The notes under the pieces: model-generated
Databases searched by the model: none
The model's input: the letters and a program-made list of their open reading frames with translations, nothing else
Told to the model about the DNA's origin: nothing
Assembly (NCBI GenBank): GCA_965369655.1
Contig: CBDUQR010000052.1
Coordinates: 1 to 17,195 of the forward strand
DNA from: an uncultured bacterium
GTDB lineage: Bacteria > Zixibacteria > MSB-5A5 > JAABVY01 > JAHJOQ01
Direction: 5' to 3'
DNA length: 17,195 nucleotides
Shown: piece after piece, positions 8,390 to 15,139 of the stretch
Position numbering within the stretch: the first letter of the stretch is position 1
Layout of the letters: every line of letters begins with the position of its first letter
Position numbers and translations under genes: made by a program

Positions 8390-8665
8390 ATGGTCAGACC
8401 GATTGACATTGCGGATAACGTGGCGAAAACACCCATAGCGGAGAAGGTCACCAAGATCGACAAAGCCGCTCCGGAGTTGGATCAGCGTCAGTTTGCGGCT
8501 CAACTCGAAAAACAGCAGGTCAGCAAGCAGCAGCAGGCGACTCCGACGCCCAAGACCGATGAAGTGATCATTCACCGTGAGAAACCGAAGCAGGAAGAAA
8601 AGAGCAAGAAGAAGAAACAGGACAAGAAGAAGAAATCGGATGTTCACCTCGACCTGAAAGCATGA
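8390..8665 (+). CDS. Small K/Q-rich hypothetical protein, probably flagellar-associated
   Basis: GAGGA upstream, operon spacing; RPID N-terminus and HLDLKA C-terminus flank a low-complexity middle. Confidence 0.75.
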   Translation: MVRPIDIADNVAKTPIAEKVTKIDKAAPELDQRQFAAQLEKQQVSKQQQATPTPKTDEVIIHREKPKQEEKSKKKKQDKKKKSDVHLDLKA

Positions 8666-8675
8666 GAGGGCATGG

Positions 8676-9014
8676 ATGAGCAATTATCAGATATTGGAAA
8701 TCGCGCTCGACGTCGCTTTTTTCGCGACTGTCACATCGGTTATGGTCATCTTCGCGATAGTGCGTGAAAGATATATCAGGAAGAGCCTGACCGAGCAGTC
8801 CGGAATGGTGAAGTTTCCCGAAGCGCTTGCCGAAGCCGGATCGCCGATCCCGTCGGCAGATGATATTTCGAGCGGACACAGAAAGAAGGACAGCGGCAGG
8901 AATATCCCGAGTCGCGTCGGGGCGGATAAAGTTACTGCTGCGGGACGCAGGAGACTGTCGAGATCGGAGATGGAACTCATGAGCAGTCTGTCTTCGAGTA
9001 CTGGAAGAAGTTAG
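8676..9014 (+). CDS. Single-pass membrane hypothetical protein, weakly SwrB/DUF2802-like
   Basis: N-terminal TM (ALDVAFFATVTSVMVIFAIV) and C-terminal LSRSEMELM helix; GAGGG RBS; two genes after fliA. Confidence 0.65.
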   Translation: MSNYQILEIALDVAFFATVTSVMVIFAIVRERYIRKSLTEQSGMVKFPEALAEAGSPIPSADDISSGHRKKDSGRNIPSRVGADKVTAAGRRRLSRSEMELMSSLSSSTGRS

Positions 9015-9028
9015 TTGAAAGGGTTGTT

Positions 9029-10219
9029 ATGAAGAATGATACACCGTTTTATCTGCAGAAGGTCGAGTGCCCTGTGTGCAAGGCGATCAATGAGTTCGAG
9101 GCGATCAAGGTCGGAGCTTACGAGGAAGAAGGAAGGGATACTGACTTCAGGCCGATCGACGTGAAATGGAAGAACCCAAAGTACCAGAAGTTCAGTCCGA
9201 TCCTTTTCTTTATGGCCACCTGTTCGAACTGCTATTTCACGAGAGAATACACGGCTAAGTATAAGGATTGGAAGAACGATACAGCGTTCAAGAACTACAG
9301 GCTCAAGACCCAGAAGCGGAGACACACGGTCCATGTGACACAGGACGGCTCGGTGATAAAAGAGATTGGGAGTCGTCTCGATCCGCAGTCGTATCCACTC
9401 CAGACGGCAATCAGCAAGCTGCTCATTGGAATCTACGATGAATTGCTTCTCGACAGGCCGTCGAATCTCGATATTGCAAGGTATTTCATTCGCGTGGCAT
9501 GGCTCTTCAGAGAGGCGGGAAACTCAGAGAATGTGGAACAGAATGTCTTTCTCGGATATGTGTCGGCGCTTGACGATCAGGTGAAGAGTCTGAAGCAGCT
9601 TCACCAGCGATTTCGAGATGTGCAGGCCGGAGTCAAAACCGCAGTCGCGAATCATCTGGAGGACACGAGTTTTACCACTGACGAGATTAGCGAAGAGTTG
9701 AAAAAAGGCTACAATCAGGCGCTTACATTTCTGGCTGGCGCCGATGAACGGATCGAGTCTGCTGTAATGCGATTCGCAACGACATGCCAGCTCAGCAACG
9801 ACAGTTTTGTCACTACGGGTGGGGATGATGTGTTGTCGATGCCGTTTGCAGGGCAGTCATCGTACAGAGGATTTCTCAGGAGCCTGAAAGACAACTGGGA
9901 ATATGCTCCGGCATCCGAGCACGATGCGCTCAAGTTCTCTTTTGAGTTTTACAAGAATGCGTACGAAAACGGTCACGAAGTGAGCGAGGGCAACCAGCAG
10001 ATACAGGTGGAGTACCTGCTCGGAGAGGTGAGCCGACGGCTTGGCAGGCATGAGGAAGCCAAAGGGTATTTCAACAATGCCGTCAGAAGCGCACAGCAGT
10101 TTATCTACCAGCACAAGGGCGAAAGTGCGAGAACCGCTTTGGCGAGGAAGATATATGAAATGGCGCTGGCGCAGGGGAAGCAGAATTTGAAGGAAGCGCA
10201 GAGTGCCGCAACGCAGTAG
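9029..10219 (+). CDS. DUF2225-like zinc-finger/TPR protein with a central helical insertion
   Basis: CPVC ... DTDFRP ... CSNC (two CxxC), RVAWLFRE, and C-terminal TPR-like YLLGEVSRRLGRHEEAKGYF. Confidence 0.75.
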   Translation: MKNDTPFYLQKVECPVCKAINEFEAIKVGAYEEEGRDTDFRPIDVKWKNPKYQKFSPILFFMATCSNCYFTREYTAKYKDWKNDTAFKNYRLKTQKRRHTVHVTQDGSVIKEIGSRLDPQSYPLQTAISKLLIGIYDELLLDRPSNLDIARYFIRVAWLFREAGNSENVEQNVFLGYVSALDDQVKSLKQLHQRFRDVQAGVKTAVANHLEDTSFTTDEISEELKKGYNQALTFLAGADERIESAVMRFATTCQLSNDSFVTTGGDDVLSMPFAGQSSYRGFLRSLKDNWEYAPASEHDALKFSFEFYKNAYENGHEVSEGNQQIQVEYLLGEVSRRLGRHEEAKGYFNNAVRSAQQFIYQHKGESARTALARKIYEMALAQGKQNLKEAQSAATQ

Positions 10220-10264
10220 AGAATCGGAATCCGTCCGCAGTTGATGCGGCAGGGAGGACAGATG

Positions 10265-10777
10265 ATGTCAGTCAATACGAAGACGGAAACGCAGGACACG
10301 ATTTGGTCCGTGCAGACAGAGGAGCAGCACTCTGAGGGGGCGGTGCAGAGACGCAGATATGTTCGCCTCGATATCACATCGCAGATAGACCTTAAGCTGA
10401 TCGTATCGGAACCTGAGCAGGGGGGATTCATCCCGTTTTGTGGCGAAGTCCTTAACGTTTCCGCAGGTGGTGTCCTGATCGAGTCGGAGGAAGCGATGCC
10501 GGAGGACGCCTACGTGATGATGGAATTCGAGTTGAACGGGAGCGACAGAATATCTGGAGTCGTGGGCAGAATCAGACGGTGTGAAACCGAGAGCGACAGC
10601 AGTCATCTTATTGGCGTCGAGTTTTGCACTTCAGAAGACATCGCGCAGAAGTGTCCTCTTGAGTGCAAGAAGCTTCTGGACGAGGAATATTGCAGCTTCG
10701 ATGACAAGGTCAGACAGTTGATAAACCGTTATGTCTTCAACCGCAAGGTTCAGGAAAAGGCCGAGGAGGCTGAGTGA
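10265..10777 (+). CDS. PilZ-domain (c-di-GMP receptor) protein (start ATG 10265 or 10262)
   Basis: QRRRYVR (RxxxR) and NVSAGG (D/NxSxxG) motifs, IGVEF; GGAGG RBS at 10253-10257. Confidence 0.9.
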   Translation: MSVNTKTETQDTIWSVQTEEQHSEGAVQRRRYVRLDITSQIDLKLIVSEPEQGGFIPFCGEVLNVSAGGVLIESEEAMPEDAYVMMEFELNGSDRISGVVGRIRRCETESDSSHLIGVEFCTSEDIAQKCPLECKKLLDEEYCSFDDKVRQLINRYVFNRKVQEKAEEAE

Positions 10778-11394
10778 TGACCGCGCGACGCCTGATCGTA
10801 ATTCCTGTAATCCTGCTGCTTCTCGGTGTAGCATTGCTTTATGGCGGAAGGGAAAGATCATTCGCTATTGTCTATAACGGAGCGCAGACAGGATTCCAGG
10901 AACTTCAACTGACCGAAAAAATATATCATCAGATGGCCGGTCATCCCGCCGTAGAACTGATCAATCCTGAAGTCTGCGACAGCATCAGGAATGAATACCC
11001 CGAATTCACCGGCAGGTATTTCGACAAGGACCTGATGGTCGAGATGGCGGAACTGGCGGGAGCGAGATACCTCGTGTGGATAAATGTCGAGGAATCGGAC
11101 GTCAGGAAATCGGCGCGCACATGGATACCGTACGTCTTCAAGAGTCATCATCGGAAGTGCGTGCTGAGCATTCGGATGTTCGTGGTGGATGCGTTCAACG
11201 GCAAGATCGTGCTGGCGCGATACTACAGCAAGAACAAACGCGGGCCAGCCGTCATGTCCTGTCTCGATTATGATCCAGATGATCCAGGCCTGATCCAGTC
11301 GTACTCAGAGGTCCGAGAAAAGTTCAATGAACTGGAGGAAGAGATCTCTGAGGAGTTGGTCGAGGAACTGGTTCAGATTATCTACCGAAGGTAG
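10774..11394 (+). CDS. Exported or membrane-anchored hypothetical protein, possible CsgG/TolB-N/FlgO-like fold
   Basis: N-terminal basic plus hydrophobic segment (RRLIVIPVILLLLGVALLYGG); pattern LAGARYLVW...IRMFVVDAFNGKIV; GTGA overlap with the PilZ gene stop. Confidence 0.7.
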   Translation: MMTARRLIVIPVILLLLGVALLYGGRERSFAIVYNGAQTGFQELQLTEKIYHQMAGHPAVELINPEVCDSIRNEYPEFTGRYFDKDLMVEMAELAGARYLVWINVEESDVRKSARTWIPYVFKSHHRKCVLSIRMFVVDAFNGKIVLARYYSKNKRGPAVMSCLDYDPDDPGLIQSYSEVREKFNELEEEISEELVEELVQIIYRR

Positions 11395-11402
11395 CCATTG
11401 CA

Positions 11403-13193
11403 ATGTCCGACTCCGCCGTCAGACAGGCAGCAGTATCTCTCGCGGTCAAGTTCGATATTCATCGATTTGAGCTCCCGGCATTTGTTGTTGCGAACGATGG
11501 ACATACGGTAACTGTCAACCGCAGACTCGCCGAATACCTCGGATCAGACTCAGACAACGCCGAAATCGAGTTGTCATTCAAAAAATTGCAGGAATACCTC
11601 GGTACGGTCCTCCAGAGAAAGGTCGAGAGAGTTATTGGAAGCGGAGTTTCCTGCAGGATGCCGGATGTCGTATTCACACATTTCTCCGGAGGCTGCAGGC
11701 GCGCCGACATTATGCTTTCTCATTGCACCGACGTCGATCGTGCGCCGGGCTGTCTCGGTCTGCTCATAGACTCTACGGAGTCATGGATTCTCGAAAAGAA
11801 ACGGAGCGCAATAGAGAACGAACTCTCAATCGTCTCACAAGTCAGCGCCCAACTCGGCTCCACAATGGAGACCGATGAGATAGTTAAGATTATTCTCATT
11901 GCCGTGACAGCGAGGGAAGGTCTCGGGTTCAACAGGGCGTTCCTGATGCTGATCGACGATGCTCATCGGGAGCTTCACGGGCACCACGCAATAGGTCCTG
12001 TCGATTCCGAGGAGGCTGGACGGATATGGGGCTCGATTCCGGATGAGGGAAAGGATCTTAAGAGCGTCATCGGCAGCTACATTCGCGATATTCGCTTCGA
12101 TGAGACAGCCTGTGACCGCGCAATAAGGCACCTCGTACTGCCGCTGAGTAAGGCCGGGAATCCAATATCGAGAGTGGCTTTCGGTCGAACGCCTGCGCTG
12201 GTAGACGAAAGTGAAGCGCTGCAGTCCGTGCGCGCCATCAGCGGCGGTCTCTTCGGTGATTCCGAGATTGCCGTAGCGCCGTTGAACGCCAAAGAGAGCG
12301 TTTTGGGTCTGATTATGGCAGACAACAAGATAACAGGTCGTGGAATCCGAGAGAGCGATATCGACCAACTGCAGATGTTTGCCAATCAGGCCGGGCTTGC
12401 GCTCGAAAGATCGCGCCTCTATGAGAGCTTACAGACAAACATCGAGGAACTCGAAAATGTCAACCTGGAGCTGGAGAGAAGCCATCGGGAGATCGTACAG
12501 ATCGAAAGACTGTCGCTGATGGGTGAGATGACGCATCGGATCACTCACGAACTGCGCAATCCTCTTACGATCATAGGTGGATTTGCGAGTCTTCTTCTAA
12601 GGTCAAAGGAAATCCCCGACTCGGAGCGGGAACGGGCGGAGATCATCTGGACGGAGTGCAGGAGAGTCGAGCAGCATCTCGACGCGCTGCTCGATTTCTC
12701 GAAGTCGTATTCTGAGGGCGAAAACGATGTTGATTTTTCCATGCTTCTGAGCGATGTCGTCTCGATGGTGCAGTCGAAATTTGCGCAGGCGAAGAACAGT
12801 CTCCGCTACAGGAGCTCAGGAACAGGAGTACTTCTGCGGGTGCGCAGAGATCTTCTGATGCACGGAATATTCCGCCTTCTGGAACTGCTCTCTGAGATCG
12901 TCGGTCCGGGCGTCGAATGGGAGGTGACATGCATCAATGCACCGAATGAGATCAGGGCGGAGATCTATGTCACGAGCAGCCAAATGTCTCATGATGAGTC
13001 GACCGATCTTCTCAGGAGATTCGTGGAACATGGGGCGAGTACGTCCGACCTGCGATTGTCGCTTGCCAACGAGGCTATCGCCTACGACGGCGGCGAACTC
13101 GGGTTCGAGATACGTGAGAATCGGCCGATAATATATGTAGCTTTTCCCATGCAGGAGAATACAGATGGACAAGCGAATTCTGATCGTCGATGA
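11403..13193 (+). CDS. Cytoplasmic PAS/GAF histidine-kinase-like protein with an intact H-box and a degenerate ATP-binding domain
   Basis: PAS-like N-terminus, GAF (GLGFNRAFLML...LGLIMADN...FANQAGLALE), coiled coil, HELRNPLTIIGGFA; no recognisable N, G1 or G2 boxes. Confidence 0.85.
   Translation: MSDSAVRQAAVSLAVKFDIHRFELPAFVVANDGHTVTVNRRLAEYLGSDSDNAEIELSFKKLQEYLGTVLQRKVERVIGSGVSCRMPDVVFTHFSGGCRRADIMLSHCTDVDRAPGCLGLLIDSTESWILEKKRSAIENELSIVSQVSAQLGSTMETDEIVKIILIAVTAREGLGFNRAFLMLIDDAHRELHGHHAIGPVDSEEAGRIWGSIPDEGKDLKSVIGSYIRDIRFDETACDRAIRHLVLPLSKAGNPISRVAFGRTPALVDESEALQSVRAISGGLFGDSEIAVAPLNAKESVLGLIMADNKITGRGIRESDIDQLQMFANQAGLALERSRLYESLQTNIEELENVNLELERSHREIVQIERLSLMGEMTHRITHELRNPLTIIGGFASLLLRSKEIPDSERERAEIIWTECRRVEQHLDALLDFSKSYSEGENDVDFSMLLSDVVSMVQSKFAQAKNSLRYRSSGTGVLLRVRRDLLMHGIFRLLELLSEIVGPGVEWEVTCINAPNEIRAEIYVTSSQMSHDESTDLLRRFVEHGASTSDLRLSLANEAIAYDGGELGFEIRENRPIIYVAFPMQENTDGQANSDRR
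13105..13131 (+). promoter_or_regulatory. Candidate internal sigma-28 promoter upstream of the first response regulator
   Basis: TCGAG(13105-09)-N14-GCCGATAA(13124-31); perfect -10, 33 nt before ATG 13165. Confidence 0.55.
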
Positions 13194-13521
13194 CGAGGAA
13201 AACATCAGGAAGCTCTACTCGGCTGAGTTCTCTGCCGATGGGTTTCAGGTTATGACAGCCGACTCGGGGGAGGCGGCGATACGAACCATAGAAGAGGACG
13301 AACCCGACCTGGTAGTGCTCGATATCAAGATGACCGGGCGCGATGGACTCGATATCCTCGGGTCGCTGAAGAAGCGAAACGGGAAGCTGCCGGTGGTCCT
13401 GAATTCGGCCTACACTACCTACAAAGATGATTTCAATTCCTGGCTCGCGGATGCCTATGTTGTCAAATCATCCGATCTGGTCGAACTGAAAACGAAGATC
13501 AGGGAGTTGCTCAAGGCATGA
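13165..13521 (+). CDS. Single-domain response regulator (CheY-like REC)
   Basis: ILIVDDE, VVLDIKM (phospho-Asp), LNSAY and YVVKS motifs; CAGGAG RBS. Confidence 0.95.
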   Translation: MDKRILIVDDEENIRKLYSAEFSADGFQVMTADSGEAAIRTIEEDEPDLVVLDIKMTGRDGLDILGSLKKRNGKLPVVLNSAYTTYKDDFNSWLADAYVVKSSDLVELKTKIRELLKA

Positions 13522-13880
13522 CGGAGAGATCCGAACTGAGGGCGAGCCTCAGCGCTGAAGTTGAGCCATCCGATCTCGAAACGATCGTCGAAGAAATAAG
13601 GCTGTCGGCTCTCAATATGGCGATCAATGCAGCCAGGCTGAAGTTGAGCGGCGAGTCGAGATCAGTGATTCGCAAGAAAATCAGCGATCTCATCAATATA
13701 TCGCTCGATACTGTTACCCATCTGGCTCAGGTTTTCGACGCCATGCGCAGCGGGTCCCATGAGGAAGCCGATGATCCGTCGGTGTTCATTGATGAACTTC
13801 AGACAATCGAGACTACAATCCGGGATCGGTCAGCCGAAGTGATGGATATGTTGAAACGTGCAGGCCTTGGCGAACAGTAA
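13518..13880 (+). CDS. Small soluble protein resembling a chemoreceptor (MCP) signalling-hairpin tip
   Basis: IRLSALNMAINAARLKLSGESRSVI aligns without gaps to the MCP tip TNLLALNAAIEAARAGExGRGFAVV; ATGA-coupled to the upstream receiver; GGGAG RBS. Confidence 0.7.
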   Translation: MTERSELRASLSAEVEPSDLETIVEEIRLSALNMAINAARLKLSGESRSVIRKKISDLINISLDTVTHLAQVFDAMRSGSHEEADDPSVFIDELQTIETTIRDRSAEVMDMLKRAGLGEQ

Positions 13881-13893
13881 CAGCCTCGAATAC

Positions 13894-13939
13894 TGCTCCG
13901 GCAGCCCTGAGGTGCCATCGAGCATTGTTTTTCTTCTTT
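13894..13939 (+). terminator. Putative intrinsic terminator
   Basis: Imperfect GC-rich hairpin TGCTC-c-GGCA-g-CC/CTGA/GG-TGCC-atc-GAGCA followed by TTGTTTTTCTTCTTT, just after the stop at 13880. Confidence 0.5.
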
Positions 13940-13974
13940 GAAGCCGATTTCACCAACGTTTTTACTGGCGCCAC

Positions 13975-14001
13975 TTCAGAACGGAGCAATTGCTCCGATA
14001 T
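13975..14001 (+). promoter_or_regulatory. Candidate sigma-28 promoter overlapped by a perfect 16-bp palindrome
   Basis: TTCAG(13975-79)-N14-TCCGATAT(13994-14001); palindrome CGGAGCAATTGCTCCG at 13982-13997. Confidence 0.6.
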
Positions 14002-14032
14002 AGTGAACAGACCAAATGGAGAGGGTTTGACA

Positions 14033-14647
14033 TTGGTGAGAAGCAATGGACGGCTGCTGTTGATTGTCACATCCGAGGGCGGACCGCCTGTCGTGCATTC
14101 CCTGCTTTCGCAGCTTCCGCAGGACTTTCCAGTTCCGATCGTGTTGTACGCAGGATTTGCGGCCGGAGCGCCTGGGCCAATTTGCAACGCCTGGAACAAG
14201 ACGACATTTCTTACCGTCGAGGCCGTATCTGAGACGATCATGCTCGATGGGGGTAAAGTCTTTGTCCTGCCACGGAATATGCGCGCTCGTATAGGGCGTT
14301 CGGGAAATGGTCTCAAACTTGCCGTCGATACGAAAGCGGCTGACCGTCAGACCTCCGTGCTGGTCTCACTCATTCGTTCGGCTGTTGATTGTCTGGGTGA
14401 GGGGCTTTTCATCGTATTGAGCGGAGGATTAAAGCGAGACTCCCAATCGGTAATCGAGGGAGTGAAGCTGGCTGCGGAGGGTAACGCGGGAATCTGCTTT
14501 GCGGCAGATCCGGCGCTCAGTTCGGCTGAGATTGCTACGGAGATACCATTGGGTCAACTCGGAATACCCTCCACATCCGCCGACGAGCTTGCGAGAAGGC
14601 TCTTGCTTGAATATGAACGTACGAATACTGTTAAAAGCACGAATTAG
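14033..14647 (+). CDS. Stand-alone CheB methylesterase-like domain, degenerate, no receiver domain (start TTG 14033 or GTG 14036)
   Basis: IVTSEGGPPVVHSLLSQLPQDFPVPIVL matches CheB IGASTGGPxAL..LP.DFP.PIVI; GKVFVLP matches GxVYxAP; YAGF stands where CheB has VQHM; GGAGAGGG RBS at 14018-14025. Confidence 0.8.
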   Translation: MVRSNGRLLLIVTSEGGPPVVHSLLSQLPQDFPVPIVLYAGFAAGAPGPICNAWNKTTFLTVEAVSETIMLDGGKVFVLPRNMRARIGRSGNGLKLAVDTKAADRQTSVLVSLIRSAVDCLGEGLFIVLSGGLKRDSQSVIEGVKLAAEGNAGICFAADPALSSAEIATEIPLGQLGIPSTSADELARRLLLEYERTNTVKSTN

Positions 14648-14651
14648 AATG

Positions 14652-14678
14652 TTCAGCGGCTGCACAATCTGCCGATAA
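14652..14678 (+). promoter_or_regulatory. Candidate sigma-28 promoter upstream of the second response regulator and the fapA-like gene
   Basis: TTCAG(14652-56)-N14-GCCGATAA(14671-78) in an intergenic gap; perfect -10. Confidence 0.7.
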
Positions 14679-14722
14679 TTATGTGAGAAGAGCGGTACAA
14701 AATTTTGCGGACGGGGGAACAT

Positions 14723-15133
14723 GTGGAAAAGGCTTTACGCGTTCTGGTTGTAGATGACGAGGCGATTCTTCGGACTCTCCTCGAAGGAATTCTCAAGAAG
14801 GAAGGATACGAGGTGTCCTCTGTGGAGTCTGTTCAGGCGGCTCTCGATAAGCTTGAGAACACTCAGATTGAGATAGTTGTATCAGATATTAACATGCCCG
14901 GCACCGATGGTTTCGAGCTTCTGCGCAGGGTCAAGAAGGATTATCCCGACATTTGCGTGATCATGATGACCGGATATTCCGACGCTTTCTCCGTCAAAGA
15001 CGTATTGATGCTCGGTGCTGATGACTATATAACGAAGCCGTTCAAGAGTCTGGAGATCAGTATGATAATCGAGCGTGCTTACTGGAGATCGCTCTCAGGG
15101 AAAGAAAGCCCGGTCGGCGCATCGCCGGAGTAG
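14723..15133 (+). CDS. Single-domain response regulator (NtrC-type REC; start revised to GTG 14723)
   Basis: VLVVDDE, VVSDINMPG, MMTGY and YITKPF motifs intact; GGGGGA RBS. Confidence 0.95.
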   Translation: MEKALRVLVVDDEAILRTLLEGILKKEGYEVSSVESVQAALDKLENTQIEIVVSDINMPGTDGFELLRRVKKDYPDICVIMMTGYSDAFSVKDVLMLGADDYITKPFKSLEISMIIERAYWRSLSGKESPVGASPE

Positions 15134-15139
15134 TATCCT

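Noticed and set aside
8500-8640. CAG/AAG-rich repetitive DNA
   Set aside because: Explained by Gln/Lys-rich coding sequence; not a CRISPR or DNA repeat array.
13925-14032. MFFFFE... N-terminal extension of the CheB-like ORF
   Set aside because: It is translated terminator T-tract and promoter sequence; the RBS at 14018-14025 points to a later start.
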